Source: Mobula hypostoma (lineage: Eukaryota). From it: DNA of 64,000 bases. This document shows positions 37,010 through 48,400 of the stretch, one piece after another. Where the stretch lies: contig NC_086098.1 of assembly GCF_963921235.1 (NCBI RefSeq), forward strand, positions 191,456,001 to 191,520,000. The letters are read 5' to 3'. The notes beneath the pieces were generated by a model. The model was not told where the DNA came from. It did no database searches and saw only the letters and a program-made list of their open reading frames with translations. Position 1 is the first letter of the stretch; every line of letters starts with the position of its first letter. Made by a program: the position numbers and the translations under genes.

Positions 37010-38453
37010 AGCCAAGTCAGTTTCGTCAATGTCTGAGTTTGAGAGCTTGCTCGATTCATCTCCATATTTACCACCCACACCAAAAAGCTTAAAGAATCTG
37101 GAGGAGTTGAACAAAAAGAATCGGAAGCACACAACTAGTGATGGCGATTCCTTATATGAGAAATCGGAGGTCAAGCTAATAAAGCAATCAAAAACAGAAA
37201 TGCCTGTAATTTCATCCTGGGACTTCACCACAGCTAGCAACCTGGTTAATCCACAACTCAACAAAAAACAGATGCAGAGGAGTTACACAGCACCAGACAG
37301 AACAGGCATTCGGATTTACTACAGTCCACCGGTCGTGCGCAGGATGGATGGCTCTTTGGTTCAAAACAATGAAGGGAAAATTATGATTGAGCCCGGTTTC
37401 CTGTTCACCATGGCAAAACCCAGACAAACGGGTAGTTCAGACCTCGGCTCAGAGAATGTGTGCAAAAAGTGGTTTAACAACTTTTCCAAGCACCAGGACC
37501 TCCTGAAAAATGGCTGCGGAGAGCAACCAGTTTCGGTTCCTGCTGCTGCAGCTTCTGGGCTTTCATCTGCCTTGCGTGATCTGCAAATATCAGGGAACAT
37601 GAGTGACGACATGAAGGAGGTGGCCAACTGCGTCAGGAACGTTATGTGCACAAAACCACTAGAGAGGAAGGTTAACGATACTGCATGCCAGACCGTTGGA
37701 GTTGTCAGTGTGGGTACTCAGACCACCCGGACGATTAGCATCGGGCTGCAAACGGAGAGTCCAAGATCACTCTCTAGCAGTCTTCACCGATCCTGGGCGT
37801 CGAGAGGCTCCTTACTAATGCCAACCCAGAGTTCCCGTAGCAAACAACTCTCTTCGTCTCTGGAAAAGGTGCCAGCTAAGTTCGAGCGTCCTTGCTGTTC
37901 ACCAAAATACGGCTCTCCCAAGCTGCAGCGAAGAAGCTCGTCAAAAATAGATCACGCAAGGGAGAGAAGTCCGTGGGCCATGTCCCACAGAGGGCAGAAT
38001 GAGTCAGCCTGGGCCAGGTCAACAACCACCAGGGATAGTCCCGTGCTTAGTTCCATCAACGATGGTCTCTCCAGTTTGTTCAATGTTGTTGAGCACCCAT
38101 CTGGAAGTGTTGACTCAATTTGGAAATCAAGCCAGCATGAAGCGAAAACAAAAGGGGATACATCGAGGTATGGGATTGTTCAGGAGTTTTTCAGGAATGT
38201 GTGTGGCAGATCCCAGAGTCCAGCAAATGGAGCGGACAAACCAATAAAAGTCCCAGTCTCTGATGAAAGTGTCAGAAAGCCTGATTTGACCACTCCATCA
38301 GGCCATACACAAGTAGAAAATGGGTCCCGTGGCATTAACAAAAGGCTTCCCAAGCAACCAAGCAAAGAGGACCAAAAACCGCCAACACCCACTCCAGCCC
38401 AGGGACCTAAAGATCCAGATGCACGGGATACTGGAGCTTCTGGTCTGTTTGAG
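37010..38453 (+). CDS. SOGA1: SOGA1/MTCL2 large C-terminal exon
   Basis: tatttttag| then open frame AKSVSSMSEFESLLDSSPYL...RSYTAPDRTGIRIYYSPP...EPGFLFT...SGNMSDDMKE...ERPCCSPKYGSPKLQRR...SAWARSTTTRDSPVL...YGIVQEFFRNVCGR...GLFE |gtaaag. 1444 nt. These motifs match recalled SOGA1/MTCL2 better than MTCL1. Confidence 0.95.
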
Positions 38454-39000
38454 GTAAAGTCTCACTTGCAATTCTATCGCCTTTAAAATGTCCATTTCTT
38501 AAAGCTACTCTACATCCATCAGAATTTCAACGGATGTATTTCTGCTTTTTCTATTTAATATTCCTGAACCAGGATATGACTACAACATATAATAGCATTG
38601 AGGTACCATTCAGCCTGTCGTGACTGTGCTATCTGTTTTTTTAAAAAACATTTAATAGGCTGGCAAAGTCCTAACTGTGTCAGGTTATCAGAGCTTTACT
38701 GCATATACCTTTTGTAAGCCCCATGCAGGTTAATGAATTTTGGAATAAAGTGAGTGGGGTCTGTTGTTGGAGGTGCACTTCTAGAACAATGCTGGAAAAA
38801 TTCTCCAGCTTAATAACATAGTTTTTTTTTCCTGATAATGAGATTGCCCTTGCCAAAATTAATGTCAGTTAGGTAATGGCATTTCTCTGTTGGTTTAGTG
38901 CAAGGAGGGGTTACATTTATTTCACATGGGCTGATGTCTCTGATAAACTGAAATAGCAACATCTTGTCATCTTGTTAAAATGCTTGCCAATCATCAACAT

Positions 39001-41570
39001 AAACACAAGAGATTCTACAGATGCTAGAAATCCAGAGCAACACACACAAAATGCTGGAGGAGCGTAGCAGGTCAGGCAGCAACTATGGAAATGAGACAGC
39101 AGAGCAGCAATGGCTGGAGTTTCTGTGAAAAATGAGGCAAGTATATTCCAAATAAGAAGAAATTTTCAAATGGCAGATGGACACTACTGTGGCTGACAAA
39201 TGAAGTCAGAGCTAAAGTAAAAGCAAAAGAGAGAACATACAAGGAAACCAAAGTTAGTGGGAAGATAGAGGATTGGGAAGCTTTTAGAAACTTGCAGGAG
39301 GAAACTAAGGTCATTAGGAAGGAAAAGATGAATTATGAAAGGAAGCTGGCGACTAATATCAAAGAAGATATTGAAAGCTTTTTTAAGTATATAAAGGATA
39401 AAAGAGAGTTGAGGGTAGATATAGGACCAATAGGAAAAACGCTGGAGATATTGTAATGTGAGATGGCAGAGGACCTGAATGGGTATTTTGCATCAGTCTT
39501 CACAGTGGAAGATATCTGCAGTATACCGGACATTCAAGAGTGTCAGGGAAGTGAAGTATGTGCAGTGAAAATTACAACTGAGAAGGTGCTCAGGAAGCTT
39601 TATAGTCTGAGGGTGGATAAATCTCCTGGACCTGATAGAATGCACCCTTGGGTTCAGAAGGAAGTAGCTGGCGAGATTGCGGAGGCATTAACAATGATCT
39701 TTCAAGAATCAATAGGTTCTAGCATTGCACCGGATGACTGGAAAATTGCAAATGTTACTGCACTATTTAAGAAGGGTGGGAGGCAGCAGAAAGGAAACTA
39801 TAGACCTGTTAGCCTGGTTGGGAAGTCGTTGGAATCGATTGTAGGAATGAAATTACGGAGTACGTGGAGGCACATGACAAGATAGGCCAAAGCCAGCATA
39901 GTTTGCTGAAAGGAAAATCCTGCCTGACTAACCTACTGCAATTTTTTGAGGAAACTACAAGCAGGGTAGACAAAGGAGATGCAGTAGATGTGGTGTACTC
40001 GGATTTTCAGAAGGCCTTTGACAAGGTGCCGCACATGAGACTGCTTAGCAAGATAAGAGCCCATGGAATTACAGGGGAGTTACTAGCATGGGTGGGGCAT
40101 TGGCTGATCGGCAGAAAACAGAGAGTGGGAATAAAGAGATCATATTCTGGCTGGCTTCCGGTTACCAGTGGAGTTCCACAGGGGTCGGTGTTGGGACTGC
40201 TGCTTTTTACTATATATGTCCATGACTTGGACTATGGGATAAATGGATTTGTGGTTAAATTGGCCAATGATACAAAGATAGGTGGAAGAGCGGGTCGTGT
40301 TGAGGAAACAGAGAGCCTGCAGAGAGACTTAGATAGTTTAGAGGAATGGGCAAAGAAGTGGCAAATGAAATACAATGTTGGAAAGTGTATGGTCATGCAC
40401 TTTGTTGGAAGAAATAAATGGGCAGACTGTTATTTAGATGGGGAGAGAATTCAACATGCAGAGATGCAAAGGGACTTGGGAGTCCTTGTGCAAGATACAC
40501 TAAAAGTTGACCTCCAGGTTGAGTTGGTGGTGATGAAGGCGAATGCAATGTTAGCATTCATTTCTAGAGGTGTAGAATATAAGAGAAGGGATGTAATGTT
40601 GAGGCTCTATAAGGCACTCGTGAGCTCACACTTGGAGTATTGTGTGCAGTTTTAGGCTCCTTATTTTAGAAAGGATATACTGACATTGGAGAGGGTTCAG
40701 AGAAGATTCACGAGAATGATTCCAGGAATGAAAGGGTATGAGGAATGTCTGGCAGCTCTTGGGCTGTATTCTCTGGAGTTCAGCAGAATGGGTGGGGGGG
40801 GGGGGGATCTCATAGAAACATTCCAAATGTTAAAAGGCCTGAACAGATTAGATATGGCAAAGTTATTTCCCATGGCAGAGGAGTCTAGGACAAGAGGGCA
40901 TGACTTCAGGATTGAAGGACGTCCATTTAGAACAGAGATGCAGAGAAATTACTTTAGACAAAGGGTGGTAAATCTGTGGAATTTGTTGCCATGAGTGGCT
41001 GTGGAGGCCCAAGTCACTGGGTGCATTTAAGGCAGAGATAGATAGGTTCTTGATTAGTCAGGGCATAAAAGGGTATGGGGAGAGGCAGGGGAGTGGGGAT
41101 GACTGGAAGAATTGGATCAGCCCGTGATTGAATGGCGGAGCAGACTCGATGAGCCAAATGGCCTACTTCTGCTCCTATGTCTTATGGAATGAATAAATAG
41201 TCGGATGTTTCAGGCTGAGACACTTCATCAGGACTGGAAAGGAAGGCGGAAGATGCCAGGTTAAAAAAGTGTGGGGAGAGGACGGAGGACAAGCTCGAAG
41301 TTGATAGGTGAAGCCAGGTGATAAAGTTAACGGGCTGGAGAAGAAGGAATCTAATAGGAGAGGAGAATGAACATGTGAGAAAGGGAAGAAGGAGGGGCAC
41401 CAGGGGAAGGTGATAGGCAGAGGAGGAGAAGAGGTAAGAGGCCAATGTGGAGAGTTGAAGAAGGAGGAGTAAAAAAAAAGTTACCAGGGGGAATTGATGT
41501 TCATACCATTAGGCTGGAGGCTACCAAGACGGAATATGAAGTGTTGCTCCTCCATCCAGAGAGTGGCTAA
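39001..41570 (-). mobile_element. Penelope-like pseudo-LTR fragment (39001-39094 and 41183-41570) split by a CR1
   Basis: ACACACAAAATGCTGGAGGA...GGCAGCA.CTATGGAAATGA resumes after the CR1 as TATGGAATGAATAAATAGTC...CTTCATCAGGACTGG. Confidence 0.75.
39095..41182 (+). mobile_element. CR1 LINE ORF2 (5'-truncated, frameshifted)
   Basis: KSPGPD.MHP, WKIANVT.LFKKG, NYRPVSL, DFQKAFDKVPH and SGVPQGSVLG, with several stops and frameshifts; 3' end GGCCTACTTCTGCTCCTATGTCTTATGG. Confidence 0.93.
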
Positions 41571-41701
41571 TCACCAACAGTAGTTTCTCAGCTTAGATAT
41601 TGAATTAACATTAAAGCTCTTTTCTGATTTTGAACATGTTTGTAAGGTAAAATTTTTCTCGCTTAACATTGACATTGAATCTCATTCGTGTTCTTGTACA
41701 G

Positions 41702-41839
41702 GAAGCATCATGTGATTGTACATCCCAGTCACTCACCTCCTGCTTTCCGTCCAGATCATCAGCACGACATTCGTTATCGCAGTGTAAATCACGCTCTTTG
41801 CCTTCAGATCCAAATGCCTCGGATGAAAAATCAGGCTGA
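41702..41839 (+). CDS. SOGA1: SOGA1/MTCL2 terminal coding exon
   Basis: gttcttgtacag| EASCDCTSQSLTSCFPSRSSARHSLSQCKSRSLPSDPNASDEKSG*, TGA at 41837-41839; matches the recalled SOGA1 C-terminus (CDCSTQSLTSCF). Confidence 0.92.
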   Translation, partial: EASCDCTSQSLTSCFPSRSSARHSLSQCKSRSLPSDPNASDEKSG

Positions 41840-44280
41840 GTAGTGAATTGTGCCACGTAGCTGGGCAGTGACATGGATCCATGTTCTGAAGCTATTGTTG
41901 CACCTTGCGCTTTATCTGACAGCCTAGGTGAAATTTGAGGAGATGTGTAGAAGATATTCAGGTTGTATTGTCGAGTTCACTGTAGACTGCAAAATTGAAA
42001 CTATAGAACAGAAGCAAACTATTTGTTTTAAATCTCAAAAAAAACCTTAGAGATCTGGGGTTGCACTGTTTCGGTGGTTGAATCATTTTTACAATAGCAC
42101 TGCCGAGTTATTCATACAATAGCAAATGTTAAATCATGTAATGACATGTAAATCCTTCACTTCTATTGGCAAACATTCTCCCAACAGCATTGCTGTCAAA
42201 CGACTCTCCTCTGTGACCTACAGATGTGCATGGAGCAAGAGGTGCATAGAACCGAAATCGCTTGTGCCACTGCACAAATGTATCCAACCAAGAAATGATT
42301 AATTGCTGACGAAGTGTGTTCCAGATTCCCTGTTCTGAAATCTGGCAGAGTTTCCACCCACCAATTGGACTGGACATGAGTGCAGTTCGCATAAGGATTA
42401 TTATAAATGCCTGTGTATGTCACCCCTGGCACCATTGCTACTGAGTCAGAGAACATAGAAGATGAATTGGAAGGGAAAACTAAGCAGGAGTGATGTTATG
42501 TGGGTCTCCTGTTACACCTGCTATTTATTGGAGTCAGCGCGACCGGATATCAATACATAACAAGTGGCCTGTTTTATTCCACTGGCTTTGGCCTAGTGCT
42601 CAGCGTTTTTCTACCCCACAGTGTTTTTGTAAGGTAATGGTCAACTCTTTTAAAGAAACAGATTTTTAAACATTCATTAAAGACAGAGTGCAGTTCTGGT
42701 TCAATAGAAAACTTTTCATGACTGAAAGAACTTGTAAATTGCAGGCTTCAGTCATAGATAAGCTCTTCACACATTTTCTGAACAAAGTATTTCATCTAGA
42801 GGTGATAAATTGATTGTGTTCAAAGAATAAACACCCACATTTCTTTTGTTTCAGAGTGTGGTAAACAATTAGGAGTGATAATCCATTGTTGTTTCTGCAG
42901 ATGTTACTCATTTAAATTGGCCTTTATGAGCTCACATGAGCCAGAAATGGGTTGCGACTGGTATTGGCAAAACAAGCACATAACAAGTAGGAGTTGAGTT
43001 CTATATATGTTCAAATAAGGTGCCCCTAATATCCCCGTAGATTATTGTGTTACCCTAAAAATGTTAAGGAAAACCTTTGCGGTCTAACATTAACATCAGA
43101 GATTCTGCAAATACTGTAAATACAGAGCAGCACACACAAAAGTGCCGGAGGAAATCAGTAGGTGAGTTACATCTGAGTTGCTGTGGTCTAACATTGGTTC
43201 TTACAGAAGCTACCACAGACTGCCACCTGAAAGATAGGCTTTCAATGTATCGATTTCATTGCAAAATCTAGTCCCCAAACCATACCAAAATAGTATGGGC
43301 GACTCCTGGCCACTGTTGAGTCGTCTTCTCCTGTGAGTTGACTAAGATCCGTAGCTCTTGCCTGTGTTCCACTCCTGGTCTCTGATGATTGCTTTCACAT
43401 GTAATGTCCACCATTTATAGAAAGTTCCAGTTTGTAGGTCATTGCTGCTTTTCTGGTTTCTTGTAACTTCTTGGGAGCCGCAGAGCTTCCAAATAGCATT
43501 GATGTGATGGAACAGCTTTTCTGGCCACTGTCTCACCACATCAACGTTTCTGAGCGACTGAAGCCTCCAGTGAAGTTTACCAGAGTTCTGCCATGGGGGA
43601 GGGGAGGGAAGGGGTTTTCAATGGGTGCACTCCAGAATTCATGCGGTGAAGGGGGAGATCAGTCCAGCCCTCCCGGAGTGTAGGGAGAAGTTGTGGGGAG
43701 ACAGGTATGGTAGTTGCTAATATAAAGCAGGTTTCTGCAATGATGCCAGAGGGCTGTGGCTTGGGGAGATGGGTCTTTGAGGAAATAATAGCTGCACATC
43801 AGGGAATGGAGGGGACTAATTGTTTATTGTTTGGATCAGGTAAGAGAAATTCAGGAGAGTGTCTGGACATTTGTAAGGTGGGGGGGGGGCAGTAGTACTC
43901 TTCAGTGGACCAGCTATACATGGGGGAGTGATAGGGATTGTTTCATGGGACCATTTATACACTGGGGAAAATGTGGTAGCATTCAGTGGACCAGCTATAT
44001 TTCTGGGAGGGAGGGGTGGACAAGAGGTGCTGCAGTGAAGATTTGCAAGGCTCCAAGCAAGTTTACTTGCCAAAGGGTCTCTTTGCTGGCAGGATCGTTT
44101 TGTCCCAGGAAACATGTGAAGGGCATATTAAGGATAACATGGTCCACGTGAGGGGGAAAAACATCATCCCTTAAAGGAAAATCAAATTGGGGTCACAAGG
44201 GTTTCTCACAATAATAGTAATTTACTCTGTGTTAAATTGATTTTCAATCACAGAATATTTTTACCAGTCAGGTTTATGTG

Positions 44281-44450
44281 ATCAAATTTCAGCCAAACTT
44301 AACTCATTCCAATCAACCTCACCTTCCGATTGGCACCATTAAAATTTCCTATATTATTTTATTTTTCTCTTTTCCAATGCAATCAAATTTTGGCCTAGTT
44401 TAACTCATTCCAATCAACCTCCCCTTTTGGCACCATTTAAAGTTTCCTAT
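44281..44450. repeat. Diverged tandem duplication, 101-bp offset
   Basis: ATCAAATTT at 44281/44382 and AACTCATTCCAATCAACCTC at 44301/44402. Confidence 0.75.
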
Positions 44451-44813
44451 TTGTCTTATTTTCCAGTAGAATTTCTAACCTTTCATTCTTATTATCATCT
44501 CCGGGTCTCATTTACGTCCACTTTGCAGTTCCCTTCTTTGACATTAACATTAATTTAGCTAATCTAATTCACCCCATAATTGTTCCTTGTTTTTCTGTTG
44601 TTCTTTGTTGTTTGAAAATCGGTATAGTTTAAAATGCAGATAGAGAGAACAAAGGGAATGTCTTTGATTCAGTGGGGACCGAGAGAGGAAATTGAAAACT
44701 TATAGCAGCTATTTTGGTTGGTGGAGATGTAAATGAAGACAGGTAGAAGGAGAATACATAGAGCTGGAACTGTAGAAGGCAGTATTTAGCAGCTATTGGA
44801 AATCAGAAAGAAA

Positions 44814-45210
44814 GAATATCCCAGTGATTCTCTCCTCCGTCCTCATCTTCTCCCATTGTTTGCAGTCTGCACCAACAATATAGCTGTCCTTAATAAGTGT
44901 TGGTTTTAAAGAAGGAATATCCCAGTGATTCTCTCCTCCGTCCTCATCTTCTCCCATTGTTTGCAGTCTGCACCAACAATATAACTGTCCTTAATAAGTG
45001 TTGGTTTTAAAGAAGGAATATCCCAGTGATTCTCTCCTCCGTCCTCATCTTCTCCCATTGTTTGCAGTCTGCACCAACAATATAGCTGTCCTTAATAAGT
45101 GTTGGTTTTAAAGAAGGAATATCCCAGTGATTCTCTCCTCCGTCCTCATCTTCTCCCATTGTTTGCAGTCTCCACCAACAATATAACTGTCCTTAATAAG
45201 TGTTGGTTTT
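44814..45210. repeat. Tandem repeat, 101-bp unit x ~3.9
   Basis: Units begin GAATATCCCAGTGATTCTC at 44814, 44915, 45016 and 45117 and are nearly identical. Confidence 0.97.
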
Positions 45211-45224
45211 ATTTTTTTCTTTTT

Positions 45225-45475
45225 GTCTTATTGAGGCACAGCACAGAATAGGTTCTTCCGGCCTTTTCAGCTGGACCACCCAGCAACCCTCAATTTAACC
45301 CTCGCCTAATCACGGAATAAACCTACCAACTGCTACGTCTTTGCACTATGGGAGTACACGGAGGATTCCCACGCAGTCCTGGGGGAGAATGTAAAACTCC
45401 GGACAGATAGTGGCAGGAATTGAACCCGGGTCGCCGGTACTGTAAAGCGTGGTACTAGCCACTATGCTCCCCCAC
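45225..45475 (-). mobile_element. HE1/V-SINE-type SINE
   Basis: GGAATTGAACCCGGGTC (B-box reversed) and CTAGCCACTATGCT (A-box reversed). Confidence 0.8.
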
Positions 45476-48400
45476 ACAATTACTGACATTCCCTTATTTC
45501 TCACAACCTGTTCTTTACTTTGGAATTTGGAACATAGCTGTTTTCTAACTTTTCCTTGTTCTGATGAGGGATCATTAAGCTTCTCTCTCTCGGTACTTGT
45601 TTTAATTTCAGCATTCATGCATTTCAGATTTTATTGTGGCCACTGTTCATTTTCTTTTTGGTTTCTCCCACTCTGTCTCTTTGTTTGCTGCTTTTGCCCA
45701 CTATATTTTCTACTTTGTCTCTCCAGTGTTTGGCTGACCTTCAGAATGTTTTCCTATTCATCCATTTTCATTAGCCCTCCTGGTTGGTGCCTCTGTTGTT
45801 TGAATATACAAGTCGTTCTCTACTGCTTCCCTGCCCCATCCCCAACTTACACTAACACATCCCCGTTCTTCTCCTTTTCACAGAACTGTCTCCCTACCAG
45901 CATTGTCAGCAGCTGCCTTGGTGTTGTCCCGCTGTTTGATTTTCTCTTTTGTTGACTTCGTTTAGGTCACTTCGACAGTTTTCTTTTCACTCTGAGTTAC
46001 TCGAGTTGTTGTCATTCTAATCATCTGTGTTTTTTTTTTGGTTGGCTTTCCATTATGGTTTCCTTTTATTTCTTTCTCTAAATTACTTCATATTAAATTG
46101 TCTGCCTTTCTTAACTCATCTACGTTGGATTTCTCTTTGTTTCCTCTACTGTAGCCCTCCCCCCACCCAGTCTCTTATTGATTATCCTTCTGATCTGACC
46201 CCCTTGCCACTATCTTCTCATTCTCTGTATTCCCCTCGTCTTTCCACTGCTTTGTTTCTAGTTGTTTTACAAAGCTGGCTTCATTTATCTTAGTTCTTAT
46301 GGAATGACCTCTGCTGGTTTTCTGAACTGTTCACACTGAACTAGCTTTTTCTCCAAGCTTTCTATAAAGCTCAGTTCTGTCAATGCATTTTACATGTTTG
46401 TTCATTGTCTTCACTTGCTACTGTTTCTCCCGTTGATAATCCTTGCCATTATCTTCACCACTCTGCTTTGTGAGCATCTCTTAAACAGACTAACTGGAAA
46501 TTGTCTGGTTCTTCCTTAAGTACTTGCTTCCCCTTGCACTGTATGCTGTCATTGGGACCAATTGTCACCTCACCCTTGAGCTCTTGGAAGGAAGTGGTAA
46601 AGGCATGGTATCTGGGTTGCAGAAGCAATTGTGGAACAACTTTCCTGGCAGATTTGAAACAAGGGGATTGCTTCTCCAAACCTAGAATGAAATGAAATGT
46701 TTACAGATCAGTCCTCCCACAACAAGGGTTCTGAAAACTCTGTAGAGCAATAATTTCCTTTCATTTTCAATAATTGTATTCCCATTATCCTGTCACTTGT
46801 CACTTCCCAAAAAATCTCCCAGGTTTCATACCACCTGTAATGAATCTTGTCTCTTATCCAAGTTACTATCAGAGCTCCCTTCTACCCAGCGCGTATCCCA
46901 CACATTTTTCTCCATTCTATTAATATTAATCCTTCCAATTTTACTCTTTCTTGCATCTTCCCCTTTTCTCCTCTTTGCCCGGATTTTTCATTGCCCATTA
47001 ACATTTTATTGTCTTCATTATCCTTTTCTACCTCGTTCTCCCTGCTTGCTTTCCTTTGCAAAAGGATCTCGCATCTCAATACTCCGGTCTCTACCTTCTA
47101 GCTGCCAGTGTAGGTAATTAATATCAGATAGGTTACTGGTTATTCTCTTCAATTTAATATGTGATTTTAATGTAGTATGTAACCTAGCCAGTGATTAAAA
47201 TATTCATTTTGTTCCCTACTTTACACAAATAAATGACTTATCATAATACTATAATTTCACAATGATGCTTGGCACTGCCTAATCTAGATCTAGTTATCAC
47301 ATTAAATATTTTAAAAATATCATGCATGAAGATAACATGGACATTTACTATTGTTCATAAGTATGTTCACTAATAAATCAAAGGCTGATCTTTCAGTTGG
47401 ATGGTGCTACATCCAATTGAGAATGGACTTATTTCAACTAGTCACACAAACTAGTCATTCAAATTTTATTTCAGAGTATCAGATCGCTTTTAAGGCCAAG
47501 TGTTCAAAGCTTAATGTAAAAGAGCAGTTAATTTTGACAACCACTGTAATTTAAAACAATTTCACCTCAATAAATCAGAGTTAACAATCCAACAGTATTT
47601 ACTAATCAGTTTTTTAAAAATCAATTTCAAATTTGTCCCTTTGTAAATTTTACATTATACAGTGATTCCATGTTTTCCGATTGAGATTGATCAGGATTCA
47701 GAAATGTAGTTGGATTAGACAGCTGTGATTTGAGTGACTGTAGGAAGAGTACAAACACAAATACTCTTCTCAAAGCAGTAAGACATTGTTACCTGCTCTT
47801 ACCATTCTTTATTTACTTGATAAAAGGTTATTAATGTATATCAGTTTTATAAGCTTCAATGTTTTCTAAGTCTTTGTCATGTGTACATATGAAAACTATT
47901 TTAAACTCCAGAAAACCTGATTATCATTTACAATCGTCGATGTATTTATGTTTTTTTAATATTAGTTTTTAATTTTTTGTAATGTAAGACTAGATTTTTA
48001 AATGTTTGTTTTTAGGTGATCTTTTAATATAAGAAAGTTCAGCATATGTTTGTAAAAAAATGCCTTTTAATTATTTATACTGTTCATAGGAAAATAAATT
48101 GTGTATAATAATTGAAAGAAAAACATATCTAGGTATTTGTACTTCATATATCCATTATTCAATACAGGGGAAGAAGTGGACATGTTGGTATAACCAAAAT
48201 GGCTTTTGAGTGGACTCTTCAGGTTTTACATCATTGCAAATGTGTATTGAGATGCATACCAATTATTATTTATGTAGCATTTACTGGGAGATCAGAAACT
48301 GAAATGCTGTTCTGTACATTTGAGTTTACATTCTGTACACAATTTTGTATTTTTTGAAACTGTATAGTACAAACTGTGACTTTTAATATGAAATAGAAAC

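Noticed and set aside
37029-38486. Stand-alone 485-aa single-exon gene
   Set aside because: It is an internal SOGA1 exon: acceptor at 37008-37009 and donor at 38454. The last 10 codons are intron read-through, and the conserved C-terminus is at 41702-41839.
37010-41839. Assignment to the paralog MTCL1/SOGA2
   Set aside because: Motifs RSYTAPD.TGIR.YYSPP, YGIVQEFFRNVCGR and terminal CDC..QSLTSCF match recalled SOGA1/MTCL2; a reciprocal BLAST would confirm.
44814-45210. CRISPR-like array
   Set aside because: Units are contiguous and nearly identical with no unique spacers, no cas genes, and the context is a vertebrate locus.
45449-47117. Hydrophobic 'membrane protein' ORFs (also 7687-8136)
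   Set aside because: Phe/Leu/Ser-rich translations arise from CT-rich low-complexity or decayed repeat sequence; no splice or homology support.
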